From Stegostoma tigrinum (Eukaryota): 64,000 nucleotides of DNA. Positions 1 to 13,560 of this stretch are shown in pieces (positions within the stretch are counted from its first letter, which is position 1; every line of letters starts with the position of its first letter). The notes beneath the pieces are model-generated. The model worked only from the letters and a program-made list of their open reading frames with translations. It made no database searches and was not told the DNA's origin. The translations under genes were made by a program, and so were the position numbers. The stretch lies in assembly GCF_030684315.1 (NCBI RefSeq), contig NC_081362.1, positions 96,641,187 through 96,705,186 of the forward strand. The letters run 5' to 3'.

Positions 1-1639
1 GAAATACTGGGGTGCATAGTTTTAAGCTAAGAGGGGGAATGTTTAAAGGAATTGTGTGAGGCAGGATTTTTACGGAGAGGGTGCTAGGTGCAAGGTCCAC
101 TGTCAGAGGGTGTGGCAGAAACAGATATGATAGCAGTGTTTCAGAGGCATTTTGATAGACACATGGACAGGGAACAGAGGGACATAGACGATGTGCAGGT
201 AGATGGGATTGGTGTAGAATGGCATCGTTGTCAGCGCAGACGTGGTGGGCTGAAGGACCAGTTCCTGTGCTGTACTATTCTTTATGTTCAATATGACGTT
301 ACTTCTCAGCAACCTATGGGGACGTGTTATACCAGAGGGTGGGACGTGATCCTGGACCTTGTTGTCTACAGTCAGAGACACCGCCAGTGAGCAACAGCAC
401 CTGATCCTGACATTGTTCACATGTCACAAGGGCAGCATCTTCTCTCAAGCAAGTGACTCAAACCATTGGTCATTTCTGTAGCTGTTTCGCGACAAGGTAG
501 TTGTTGATAGTACATGAATACACAGCAAATGTGATGTGGGAGTTGAAAACTATGGCACAAATCCAATTGGGAATTCTGAAGAAACCTCTTTCCTAAGAGA
601 GACTTTGAGAAAGTGGATTTCATTATCACAGGGAGTAGTTGAAGTGAAAACAGAGGTTCACTTCAGCAGAAGTTGGGATAGTAAATAGAGGAGAAGAGTG
701 GATAGCTATATGCAGAAGGATGGTCAAAAGTTCAAGTACAGCAGAAACACCAGCATTGACTGATTGGACCAAATGGTCTGTTTCTTTGTCTCATCTGTGA
801 TATAATTCTATGAGCTAATTCACACACAGTGGGCACTTGGGATGGGCTATTTTACACTTGTATTCCAAGCTCCATTGCAATGAAAGCCTCTCTGAGAAGA
901 ACATCATTTTGACTCAGACATTTCTGTTGTATGGTTCAGTGGGCCAAAGCTGGGCAGAGGAAGTGGGTTTATTCAAAGATACTTGTGTCTGAGAAGGCTG
1001 CCTTTTGAATGGTTTGTTTACACTGTGGAAAGCCATTGATGGGACAGTCTGCACCTGAACCAGGATGGGGCCAACACTCTTGTGGGTGAGTTTTCTCATG
1101 CTCTTGGGAGGAATTTAAAGTAATTCCCCAGGGGAAGGGGTCACAGAATGTTAGAATGTAAGGGCACAGCAGATTGAGTTCAACCATGTTGAGTTTCAAA
1201 GGATGGCCTGTACATTTATGCCTGGAGTTTATTAGGTAAAATAGATGGGTTAAGGGCATGGAATGACACCTGGAATTGTTGTTATCACAGGGACATGGAT
1301 GAGGGAGGGGTTGGGCTGGCAGTTCAACAGTCTGAGGTACAGGATCCTCAGGCAGGACAGTGGAGGGTGTCAAAGAGAAGGTGGTGTTGTATTATTTACA
1401 AAGGAGATCGTTCCCACAGTAAGGAGGGATGACATCTTAGGAGGGTCTGCAAATGAGACTTTGTGGGTACAGTTTAGGAATAAACACAGGACACTCATGT
1501 ACAGGGAGAGTATTGTTGATTCCCAAAAGTGCACAGGCAATAGAGGAGCAGATATGTGCACAATTCACCTAGGTGTGTAATAAATGGGTAACTAAATTAG
1601 GGAATTTCAAATTCATCAACATTAATGAGAGCAACAATG

Positions 1640-1945
1640 GGAGGCAATGGCCTAGTGGTATTATCGCTGGGCTGTTAATCCAGCAATCCAGGTTTGAATC
1701 CTGCCATGGCAGATGGCGAAATTTGAATTAAATAATGAATTATGAATCCACTGTTGATTGTCAGAAAAACCCCATCTGGTTCACTAAAGTCCTTTAGGGA
1801 AGGAAACTGCTTTTCTACGTGGCCTGGTCGATATGTGACTCCAGCCTTACAGCAATGTGGTTGACTCTAAACTGCCCTCTGGACAATTAGCGATGGGCAA
1901 TAAATGCTGCCTAGCCAGTGACAGCTTCATCCTGTGAATGATGAA
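1640..1945 (+). mobile_element. tRNA-derived SINE, DeuSINE/SacSINE1-like
   Basis: tggcctagtgg..ggtttgaatcc head, central ctggttcactaa..ctttagggaaggaaa block, gggcaataaatgctg tail; related pieces at about 18660-19520 and 29040-29900. Confidence 0.6.
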
Positions 1946-3059
1946 AGAAAACAAAAAAATAGTGTAAAAGGTTTAGAGGAACAGATTTCTTAAAATGTGT
2001 ACAGGAGAGATTTTGATATCAATATGCAGAAGGTCGAACCTGGGAAGGTGCAGTGCTGGAGCTAATTTGGAGGAATCAAGCTGGAAAGACATTTGAGGTG
2101 ACTGTTGGGGAGTATTTTTGCGACAGAAAACCTAAGAGCGTATGTTTTCAGTTTGTTCTGGGGAAAGAACAAGATGGTCTGCAAAAGCAGGTTCTGGGTT
2201 GGGGTGTTGTGCATGGTTTGACTAGTTTATGTGTTAAATATACTTTACCTAAGTGCTTTTGTTAGTGAGCTGGGCAAGGGGAAGCAGAAATAAGTTTGTG
2301 ATTCAACTGAATTTCATCAACAAAATGTTCCTTATTAAAAGCACCAAGTGACTCTTCCCCAAATTCTCACAACATTTGCATTTTATTTACCTCTATGGAT
2401 CTTTGAATGTATCTTATCCACAGTGACTCACATGTTTATGCAGGGCTATTGGAATCTCCGTTCTCTTCAAAGTAGGGCTGGCTGTCTTCCACAAAGTTGG
2501 GACCAACAGATCAGCACAGATCTTCTCCTGGGTCTTCTTGGATTGCTTCACTGTTGTTTGCCATGAGTTTTGCTGCAAGTCCTCACTGAATCTGCACAGA
2601 ATCTTCACTGAGTTCCTCACTGAGGCTTCTTTGCACCCTGACTGAGTTTTCTCTGTGTTGTCACTAAGACAGTGGTGTTTGGGTGCGTGTTCTTTTTTAT
2701 CCCTCCTTGCCCCGAATCTTCGAACTTTGTTGTGGCCTTTGGCCCTTAGGGTCATGAGCTGGGTCTCGGTCATCCAGTGGGATTGCATCATTACCTGTCA
2801 CTGCTGTCGTGACTGGTGGTGTAAAATGCCCATACTCAGGCAGCCAAGTTTCCAGAGAGTCGAATCAACGCTCATAGGGTCATAGACATATACAGCACAC
2901 AAACAGACCCTTCAGTACAACTTATTCACACTGACCAGATATCCTCAATGAATATAGTCACAGTTGCAAACACTTGGCTCATATCCCTCCAAACACATCC
3001 CATGTGGGCTGAGGATACAGAAGGACAGGGTCAACCAACATTTCGATAGTTAAGGTCTG

Positions 3060-4780
3060 ATTGAGGTTATTTAGCATGGATTTATGCACAGGAAGTCATG
3101 TCTGACAAATCTTTGAAAATTTTTTGATGGCGTAACCGAGAGGATAGATAAGGGTAGGGCAGTGGATATTGTCAATATGGACTTTAGTAAGGCCTTTGAC
3201 AAGCTCCCACATGGCAGGCTCATCATGAAAGTTAGGTCACATAGTATCCCGGGAGAGCTAGCCAATTGGATTCAAAATTGGCTTGAGGGTAGGAAGCAGA
3301 GGGTGATGGTTGAAGGTTGTTTCTAGGACCAGAAGCTGATGACTAGTGGTGTGCCACAGGGGTCATTGTTGGAACCTTTGTTATTTGTCACTTTCATAAA
3401 TGATCTGGATGTGAATATGCAAAGCATGATTAGTAAGTTTGCAGCTGATGGAAAATTAGGAGGAATCGTCAACAAAGAAGGTTATCAAAAATTACAGAGG
3501 GATTTTGATCAGATGGAGAAGTGGGCTGAGGATTTCCATGCTCCTCATGATTTTGTAAACCTGTAAAATGTTACCCCTCAGCATCCTTTCCCGATGGCTC
3601 AAACCCTCCAACCCTGGCAACATCCTTGTAATTCTTTTCTGAGCCCTTGCAAGTTTCACAACATCTTTCCCATAGGAGGGAGGCCAGAATTGCACGCAAT
3701 ACTCCAAAAGTGGCCTAACCAATGGGTGTAAAGCCGCAATATGACCTCCCAATTCTTATACTCAATGCAATGACCAATAAGGGTAAGCATGCCAAACTGT
3801 CTGATCTACCTGCAATTCCATTTTTGCGGAACTATGAATACGTATTCCAGGGTGTCTTTGTTCAGAAACACTCCCCGCAACCTTACCATCAAGTTTATAA
3901 GTTCTGCCCCAATTTGCCTTTCCAAAATGCACCACCACACATTTATCCAAATTAAACTTCATCTGCCATTCCTCAGCCCGTTGGCCCATGTGATCAAGAT
4001 GTATTTAGACTCTGAGGTAACCTTCTTCGCTGCTCACTATGCCTCCAATTTTGGTGTCACCTACAAATTTAATAACCATACTCCTATGTTCATATTTAAA
4101 ACATTCATATAATTGATAAAAAATAGTGGACCTAGCGCTGATCCTTGTGGCACACCGCTGGTCACAGGCCTCCAATCTGAAAAGCAACCCTCCACTACCA
4201 CCATGTCTTCCACCTTCAAGGCCAATTCCGTATCCAAATGGCTAGTTCTCCCTGCGTTCCATGTGATCTATCCTTACTGATCAGTTATGCTGATGAATGC
4301 TGTGGACCTCACACTGATCCATGGAGTACACCACCAGGAATAGTCTGTCTTCCTTTGAGTGACTCTTTTATTTCAACTCCTTGCTTTCGGCCACATTTAT
4401 CCACATTATACATTATCAGTTCTGCATTTCACTACTCACTCAGCCTGTCCATATATTATTGCACCATCTCTACATCTTCCTCACAGCTCTCCTTCCCACT
4501 CAGCTTTGTGTCCTCTACAAACTTAGAGATATTACATTCAGTTCCATTTTCCAATATCATTAATAGATATTGTGAATAGATGGGATCCAACCACAGATAC
4601 CCACAGTACCCGATTAGTTATGGCGTATCATTCAGAAAAAAGACCCCATTTATTCTGACTCTTTGTTATCTGTTTGCCAACGCATTCTCAAACTACTTCA
4701 GTGCACTGTCCTCAGTTCAGGTTCTATAATTTTACACGTTAATCTCTTCTGTGGTTCCTTATCGAAAGCCTTCTCAGTGT
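3060..4780. mobile_element. Cluster of decayed CR1 RT fragments in both orientations
   Basis: ORF fragments GVPQGS..LF..FIND, RPLLEYCVQFW and EEWQMKFN. Confidence 0.85.
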
Positions 4781-5605
4781 AACCTTGAGTTAAAACACAA
4801 AAAAAAACTAATCTGAATTAAAATGAATAAAAAGCAACTGATTGAATTCTAGGACTGCATTTTTTTTTTCTCTGAACTGTGCTTCCCTGATTCTTTTCAT
4901 TTCTTTTCTGCCCTTAACAGCCATGTCCAGTCTGTCTTAAGTGACTGGCTTCAAATGGAAGAGGAGAAATTCAAATAAGGCAGTATCAGTTAGAAATTGT
5001 GTTTCCATTCTGCCTTTGGGTATAACAAACAGTCTGCACTAACCTCAAGTTTATCTTGTTCAGTTCAGTAACCTGATGTGTGTTTGCATTTGCCATGAAT
5101 TCCTTGTTCGGGTAAACTGGGCCTTTGGAATGCTTGACTAAATCTTTCCTGACTGGGACAACTCCTGGATTTCCAAAGAATCATGACAATGCTGAGTTTT
5201 AAATAACACAAGTTGTAATTATAACTTTAAGGTGTCTGTAAATAATCTGCAATTCTCAGGTTAAATTCACTGAGAACAAATCATGAACAATAAATATTAT
5301 CAGATTCACTTCATGGAAATCCCACTCAGTAATGCTTGTTAACCAACAGGTTAAAATGAAGTTAAAGAGAAACATTGAAAAACATGAAATGGAACAAGGA
5401 ACATGCCTAAACTGCAGTCCCCCATCGGGAACTGGAGAACTGTGCTGAATTTCCCCTTTACCGACTCTTCAACTCCTTTCACTTCTGAGAAATGAAACAT
5501 TAAAGAAGTTGCATTTGTCTGGGACATCTTGTGTTTCGATGTATTAACTAGATATACAGTGGACTGTGTGGACAAACAGTGTTGCCGCTGAATTGATATG
5601 CTCAC

Positions 5606-6281
5606 TGGAACTCTATTTGCTGTGACCCTGTCCCCCTGTGTTGCTTTGGGTACGTATTTGCTTTGGAGAGGTTTAACTTGTTGTAAAGACGTTCCCATTG
5701 TTTATGCTGCTGAAGAGTTGGTGTGAATTCGATAAGTTCGAATATTGAGAACTGGAGGAGAGTGTCACAGGGAGAATTTATCACTGTCTGAAGATTGGTT
5801 GGTGCAGCTGACACAGAGTTCCACAGGCTGGGAGCACAGACCAGAGAATAAAATGTTCCTGTCATCCTTTTCTGTCATTCATTGAATGGGAGAATGGGAT
5901 TGAGGGACAGGCTGCACATTGAGGTGTGTATTTGGGGTGCATTGGATTAGTCTGTGCATTCACTTGGTCTTGTTGGGGTGGATTAGAAAGACAGCTTGCT
6001 GTTTTTGTAAAGTTGGTGAACTTATACCTTTGTGGCTCAGAGTGAGTTTCTCCCATGTAGTCATGGTGACACTCACATTATTTCTCCATTCTCAATCTGC
6101 CCCTTCACACCCACTGAGGCTGTAGAGTGTCCACCTGTGCTTCCCAGCTATTTAATGGAGGAACAATAATGTGGAACAAATTGGGAATTTCATCGTCACC
6201 AGACCAAAGAGCGAGACTGCCTGCAGGAAGTGTGGTTTTGACAATTTGGCTGAGACGGGGTTTGGTTTTTCGGAACAACAG
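5606..6281 (-). pseudogene. Possible decayed TM exon (6281-6135) and cytoplasmic exon (5751-5606) of a paralogue
   Basis: AG..GT-bounded segments of similar size to the intact exons. ...SLFGLVTMKFPICSTLLFLH* compares with ...TVLICIVLLTVFLHK; YSx12NNG..LYNKL compares with YSx12NNGTYVYNTI after a 1-nt deletion. Similarity is weak. Confidence 0.35.
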
Positions 6282-6389
6282 CTGCAAACTGAACCCAGAA
6301 AACAGAAAAAGGGGTAACAATATTTGCTACACAAAGTGGAATTTCATGGTGCCCACAATCACAGAAATGTTCTGCGAAAGAAGGAAGCC

Positions 6390-8275
6390 ATTGTCTGCAC
6401 TGGCTCTCTGAGAATTTTAACATGGTGCCAACCACTTGCCTTTTCCCCTTCATCCTGCATGTTGTTTCTGTTTAAATAATCATCCAATGCCCTGCTAAAT
6501 GCTTCAGTTGGACTTTGAGACCAGAAGACATAGGAACACACTTCGGCCATTTCGCCAATTGGCCTTGCAATGACATCTTGGCTGCTCTGATAGTTCCCAT
6601 CTCCATTTTCCTGCCTTTTCCCCATAACCCTTGATTCCACGTCTGATTAAAAGTCTGTCACTCTCAAACTTGTTGGCACTTCATGATGCAACTTTGACAG
6701 TCTTCTGTGGTAAAGAATTCCACAGATTCACTTTATCTGAGAGAAGAAATTCCATCTCATCCCCGTCAGAGACACTTTCCTCTGAAGTTTTGCCCTCTGA
6801 TCCCAGACTCTCCCGCAAGGGGAAATAATCTCCTCTTCCACTCACCTGGTCAAGGCCCAACAGAACTGAGCTGTGTCAAATCTACTTTTCATTCTTTTAA
6901 ACTCTAAAGAGGACAAGCCTCTCTTCCCTTGGATGGAGAATAAAATTGTATAACCATTGGCCAATTCGCCTCACATCTATTGTTGGAAAAGTATTCAAAT
7001 CAACTATTTAGGATATAATAGCAGACAGTTTAGAAAGTCATAATTGCATCAAGCAGAGTCAGTGTGGCTTCATGAAAGGAAATTGAGTTTGATTAATTTA
7101 TCAGCTTTTTGAGATAGTCTCAACAAGAGTGGATGGAGAAAAATAACAGTAAATATGTTGTTTTTGAACATGAGGCATTTGACAAGATATCCCAGAGAAG
7201 GTTAAGTCATTAAATGAGAGAGAGTATACTGGTGTAACAAGAGATTTGGCTCTTCGGTAGGAAACTGTGTGTGGGGATAAGGTGAGGGGTTCCACAGAGA
7301 TCAGTGCTGGGACTGAAGCTGTTTACAATATATGTATATTAATTACTGGGAGGAAGGAGGTGAATGTTCTGTAAAAATAATTCCAAATGACACAAAAATA
7401 TGTGAAAAGGCATTTGCGAGAGATACACATTTTACAGAGGGATATTGATTATTTAAGAAAGTGGGAAAAAAGCTGGTAAATGGAATATAATATGGGAACA
7501 TATGAAGTTGTTCATTTTGGAAGGGAGAACAAAAGAACTGAATATTATTTGAATGGTAAAAAATTGCAGAAAGCTACAACAGAAAGGTGCACAAGGTTAC
7601 TTGTACAAAAAAACACAAAAAGCTAGCACACAGGGGCAGCACGTATTCAGGAAGGCTGATGAAATGTTGGCCTTTATTTCCAGGGGATTGGAGTACAAGA
7701 GTAGGGATTTTTTTACTGCAACTGTACAAGACGCTGGAGAGACTATATTTGAAGTACTATCAGCAGCTCTTTTCCTCTTATTTAAGTTTTTTAAAAATCA
7801 TTTAATTGGAGGCAGTTCATAGACTGTTTATTGGCATAATCTCATTAGGTATGGAGTAATTGTCTTATGAGCAAAGGTTGAACAGGTTGGGACTCTACTT
7901 ACTGGAGTTTAGAAGAATGAGAGGTGATCTCATTGAAACATATAGGATTCTTAAGGGACTTGACAGGGTCAATGCTGAATGGATATTTCCCCTTACGGGT
8001 GAATTGAGTTCCAGTGGCACAGTCTCAAAATAAAGGGACACCAATTTAAGACGGAGAGGAAGAAGAATTTCTTCTCTCAGAGCATTTTGAGACTTTGATC
8101 TCCATGACACGGAGATCTCTGGGGGCAGTGTTCTTGCGTATATTTAAGGCTGTGATGGATAGATTCTGAATCAGTTTCTAGGAAAGTGCAGGAAGGTGGA
8201 TAAGAAGAATGTCAATTCAGCCATTATCCTATGGAAAGGCAGAACAAGCTCTTGGAGCCGAATGACCTACTCATG
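6390..8275. mobile_element. Decayed CR1 LINE fragments (3' end on minus strand, RT on plus strand)
   Basis: CR1-like 3' UTR plus RT remnants (AFISRGLEYKS, RGDLIETYRIL). Confidence 0.8.
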
Positions 8276-8852
8276 TAATCAACTCTTACAGTCAACCCTT
8301 TCAATGATTTCTGCTCCTCCCGAAAAAATGGGCAGTTTTGCATCTTCCAACATTACACTCAATTTGCCACATTTTGCCCATTTATTTCACTAATCTTTCT
8401 CCATCTACAGGCTCTCCATCTCCTCCTGACAACTGACTTTCAACATTATCTTGGTGTCGTAAGCAAATTGATCTCCCATCCATAATCAGATATTGCTGTG
8501 CTTGACTCCGTCATTCTTCTCCCACAATTATGTTCCCTCAAATCCCTGCTGAATCTCTTCCCTCATCTCACCTGAAGAGGGATGCAACATTGTTGGACAA
8601 GGGGACACAACCTTCCAGTGGGACCAACTCTGAATCTAGCGGAGTATTTCCCTCGGACTGACCCCGGAGCAATCACTGGCTCTATGACCTCCACCAGGAG
8701 CTGGAGGGGCAGGGTTTGAGACTCTCATATTTGTCTCCAATCTGCTACTGTTTATCCTGTTTCCTTTGGACACACTGTGGGAGATGGCATCATTGTCGCA
8801 AAGACAGAGCAATCAGACAGCTGTTAATTCATTGGCAGTTGTTATTTTTGAT

Positions 8853-9197
8853 GATGTAAATGTCCTCATCCTTCTCCAATCTCCGATCCTGGCAAGTGAG
8901 ACCAAGGGTCAAACTGCGCAGTTACAGTTCATCGTGAAGAACGCTGCAGTGGCACACACCAATGTTTAGTGGTACCAGATGGAAAAATGGACTAACTTGC
9001 TTGGGTTTTAACAAGTGGCTTGAGGAACATCACACAATTGAGCCCAGGAATCACTGAGCGATTGCATTTTTCCAGAAATTCCTCCAGTAACAATTTCATT
9101 CTGACCATCAAAAAAGTGCAGCCCCGTGAGAGTGAGGGCTATTACTGCTCAGCCCAGGGAAGTATCAGTGATGGAGGAAGCTGGCTCATTGTAAACA
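8853..9197 (+). pseudogene. Degenerate V exon, paralogue of V1/V2
   Basis: VNVLILLQSP...TAQLQF(Cys lost)IVKNAAVAHTNV*WYQ / frameshift / ...SPGITERLHFSRNSSSNNFILTIKKVQPRESEGYYCSAQGSISDGGSWLIVN. Splice sites are weakened; the downstream flank resembles the V1 intron. Confidence 0.85.
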
Positions 9198-10159
9198 GTC
9201 AGTAGAGTTTACATGATAATATTCTCCAGCAATAACTTCTTGCCCAATGAATGAAATGGAGAATTGAGGAAGTGATGGAGAGTGATCTTGAAGATGGATT
9301 CATTGTGGGGAGTGGGTTGAGCTCAGGTTCAATGTTGGTGGGTATGTGTGGAAGAAAGGAGATTTTTTGTGACAACAGGAGAAGGATTTTGTAGGAAATG
9401 TGGAGTTTTATCCGGGAGAATGAGTGATATTAATTCTAGTCGTCTGACAAATGTGTCAGTGCCATTGGGCTGAATGAGCAGAGACAGGGAGATTGCTCTG
9501 TGAGGTGCCACATCTGCAGGAGGTCGGGGGGGGGGGGGGGTGGTCTCCCAGCAATTGGAATGAAACCATCGAGCACAAAGGGGCAAATGCACCTCCCTCC
9601 ACTCAAGAGAAAACTGGTTTGATTCAGGTTAAAGGGAAACATTCCACATCAAGCACAGGGCAAGGGGAGGGGCTCATTCTCCATGATCTCCCGCAGCTGG
9701 AACTGGGATTGAAGCTAAAATAGAGTCATTGATTGATGTATCACAAAAGAAACCCTTCAGCCAATTGAACGTTTCTTCAAATCCCTTTGAAATGACTTGA
9801 CTTTCACTTTAAAATTGCTCATCTCATCATTGACCCTTCAAATAAAGGGAAACAGCTGTTTTCTGTCCACCTTGTGCATGCCTTTCATCATCTGTCCTCC
9901 TTGATTAGATCAGCCCTCATCCTTCTCACTCCATATAAAACAATGGAAGGTTATCCAGCCTGTCCTTGTGGCTAAAGCTCTCTGTTTCAGGCAGCATTTT
10001 CTCCAGGCTGCCCAGTGCAATTGCCTCACAGGGAGAAGGTACTGGGAGACAGAAGGACTTTGGAGTCTCTGCTGCAGATGGGAAGTGTGGGGGGGGAAAA
10101 AATTGTGAAGATTGGAGCTATAATCAGGAGTTTCCTTTTTTTTTCAGGCAACATCACTC

Positions 10160-11130
10160 TACACAGTGTTGTGTGGTGTACCACAAGGATCTGCTCTGGG
10201 TCCTCTTCTATTTGAGATTTTTGTAAATGACTTGGGTGTAGGAGTGGAAGGGTGGATTAATAAGTTCATGGATGATACAAATGTTGGTCATAGTGTGGAG
10301 GGCTGTTCTAGGTTACAAAGGGACATTGATAGGATGCAGATCTGGGTTGAGAAGTGGCAGGTGGAGTTTAACCCTGAAAAGTGTGATATGATTCATTTTG
10401 GAAGGGTGAATGTGCAAGCAGAATACAGGGCTAACAGAAATATTCTTGGCAGTCTGGAGGAGCTTGGGAATCTTGAGGTTATGTTCACTTCCCTGAAAGC
10501 TGCCATCTAGGTGGATAGAGTTGTTAAGGTGTATGGTGTGTCAGCTTTCGTTAAGAGGGATTGAGTTCAAGAGCCATGAAGTAATGCTCCAGCTATACAA
10601 AAGCATGGTCTGGCCACATCTGGAGTATTGTCTGGTTCTGGTCACCTCATTACAAGGAAGATGTGGAGGTGTTGGAAAAGGGTAAAGAAGATTTACCAGG
10701 ATGTTGCCTGGCATGGAGGGAAGGCCTTATGAGGAAAGATTGATATAGATAGGGCTTTTCTCTTTGTAACAATGAAGGATGAGTGGTGACTTGATAGAGG
10801 TGTACAAAGCTATCAGAGATATAGATAGAGTAGACAGCCAGAGATGCTTTCCTTCGGGGGAGGTAGCTTTTACAAGGGACATACTTTTAAAGTAAGTGGC
10901 GGTAGGTATCGGGGAGATGCCTGAGATAGGTTCTTTACTCAGAGTGGTTGGGGGGCAATGCATTTCTGGAGAGTGTAGTGGAGTTGCCTCATTAGGTGCA
11001 CTTAAGTGGCTATTAGATAAGCATATGGACAACACTGTAATGTAATGGTGGAGGTTTAGATATCCCTTGGGTTTCAGTTAAAAGTTTGGCAGACATTGTG
11101 GGCTGATGAACCTGTACTGCTCTATGTTCT
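10160..11130 (+). mobile_element. Decayed CR1 LINE
   Basis: [29 protein letters not shown] and a CR1 3' tail. Confidence 0.88.
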
Positions 11131-12740
11131 ACACTCTGAGCTGTTCCTGTTGGCATATAGGAGTTGGGCAGTCTTACTGCAACTCTACAAGTTGTAGTGG
11201 GGCTACATCTGGAGTACTGGGGGCCCTTCTGGTCCACTAATTTAAGGAAAGATACCATTTCTTTGAGGGCAGATCAGACAAGTTTCTCTAGGATGATGAC
11301 TGGCATAGAGGGCTTGCCTTACAAGATGAGGCTAAACAGGTTCAGCACCAATTGCAATTCCTCAGATACTGAAGCAGGCCATGTTCAAATGAAACCAGAT
11401 CTGGAAAATATCCATGATAATGAAGCGTGGAGCTGGATGAAGACAGCAGGCCAAGCAGCATCTCAGGAGTGCACAAAAGCTGATGTTTTGGGCCTAGACC
11501 CTTCATCAGAGATCTAGGCCTGAAATGTCAGCTTTGCTGCTTGGCCTGCTGTGTTCATCCAGCTTCACACTTTGTTATCATGGATTGCCAGCATCTGCAG
11601 TTCCCATTATCTCTGGAAAATATCCATGATTGGGCTGACAAGGAGAAAGTAAAATCCATGCTTTCTTTACTCAGAGTAGTAAGGGAATGGAACGCTTTGC
11701 CTGCAATGGTAGTAGATTTGCCAACTTTAAGTACATTTAAGTCATCATTGGACACACATATGGGTGTACATGGAAGAGTGTGGGTTAGGTGGGCTTCAGA
11801 TCAGTATGACAGGTCGGCACAACATCAAGGGATGAAGGGCCTGTGCTGTTATGTTCTATGCTCAACAGTTGCCAGGCCATGGCTATCTCCAATAAGATAA
11901 AATTTAACCATTGCCCCCTTGCATTTAATAGGATTACAATCAGTGAACCCACCACTATCACTATCCATAAGGTTACCATTGACCAGAAACTCAACTGGGC
12001 TTGCTGCATAAACACAGTGGTAGCAAGAGCGGCTCAGAGGCTAGAAATACTGTGGTAAGTAACTTACCTCCTGATTCCACAAATCCTGTCCACCATCACC
12101 ACAGCACAAGTCAGGTATGATGGAATATTGTCCACTGTATGGGTGCAAAATCCTGGAATTCCCTTCCTAAGGCATTGGGGGTCTATCTACAACAGATAGA
12201 CTACAGCGGGTCAAGGAAGCAGCTCACCACCACATTTTAAAGTGCAATAAATCTTGTCCCGCCAGCAATGCCTATGTTCCACAAGTGAATAAAAAATAAA
12301 GTTTGGGGCTTCCTCACTGGGGTTTAGGAGATTGAGAGGTGATCTTTTTGAAACATAATGTATTCTTAAGGAGCTTGACAGGGTCAATGCTGAGAGGATG
12401 TTTCCCATCATGGGACGGTCTTGGATTAGAGGGTACAGTCTCAGAATTATGAAACACCAAATTGAAGCATGGAGGAATTTCTTCCATCAGAGGAATGTGA
12501 ATCTTTGAAACTCCTTGCTATAGAGTGCTGTGGGGAAGTCCCTATGTATAGTTAAGGCTGAGACAGGGAGATACTTGATCAGTCAGAGAATCAAACAAAA
12601 TAGGGAAAATGCAGTAAATTTGACCTGAGGAATGTTGGATCAGCCAGAATCCTATTGAATGGCAGGCTTAGCTCATGGAGACAAACGGCCTCCTCTTGTT
12701 CCTCTTTGTAATGGTCTCATGGTCCACGGGGTGGCAGGAC

Positions 12741-13030
12741 AGCACAGTGGCTCAGTGGGTAGCACTGCAGCCTCACAGCACCAGGGACCCGGGTTTGATT
12801 CCAGTCTGGGGTAACTGTCTGTGTCGAGTTTGCACATTCTCCCCATGTCTGCATGGGTTTTCTCCCACAGTCCAAAGATGTGCAGGCTAGGTGGATCGGC
12901 CATGCTAAATTGCCCATAGTATTCAGGGATGTGTGGGTTATAGGGGGATGGGTCTGGGTGGGATGCTCCAAGGGACGGAGTGGACTTGTTTCCACAAAGG
13001 GCCTGTTTCCACACTGTCAGGATTCTAATA
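12741..13030 (+). mobile_element. HE1-like tRNA-derived SINE
   Basis: gcacagtggctcagtgggtagcactgcagcctcacagcaccagggacccgggtttgattcc head with A/B boxes, plus a LINE-derived tail. Confidence 0.85.
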
Positions 13031-13234
13031 TAATGGTCTTGAATTGTTGATATTAAAATTATTTAATGAGTTAAAGATGGTTTGTTTCATCTGCGCCAAC
13101 TCCACTGGTTTAATCTGAAACCAGTTCCCAATTTAATACAGAATTTGTTCCATTTGAACTGTCTCTTTGAACACCTGGCAGCACGTTGTAACCTTGAGAA
13201 CTGATTCTCAAAATCTTGGTCTTTTCCCCAAAAG

Positions 13235-13560
13235 GTGCAAATTCTCTCATCCTTCTCCAGTTTCTGAGCCTGGAATGTATCACTGTCGGGCATACGGCCC
13301 TGTTACAATGCACCATGAGCAACACTGCAGTAACACACATCACTGTTAAAAGGGCTCAACAAAACTGGAAAGTCATATTGTGTAAGTTTTAACACGTGGC
13401 AAAAATGGCTAAATAATGGAGCTCAGGATTCACGAAGTAATTCCAGCCTTCCACAGACCCTGCCAGTAATAGCTTCATTCTGACCATCACAAACATGCAG
13501 CCCAGTGGCACCGGGGTCTATTATTGCTCTATGGGAGAGAAAGCGTACTCAAAGTCACCA
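13235..13560 (+). pseudogene. Degenerate V exon, paralogue of V1/V2
   Basis: Acceptor cttttccccaaaag|GT. ANSLILLQFLSLECITVGHTALLQCTMSNTAVTH... stops/indels ...FQPSTDPASNSFILTITNMQPSGTGVYYCS, with a deletion in CDR3/J and donor ACCA|GTAATG. Confidence 0.88.

Noticed and set aside
2414-2795. 125-aa minus-strand ORF with a GTGAGT donor
   Set aside because: No recognisable domain and a weak acceptor; cannot be supported as an exon.
12741-12810. tRNA gene
   Set aside because: It is the tRNA-derived head of a SINE, continuing into SINE body and tail.
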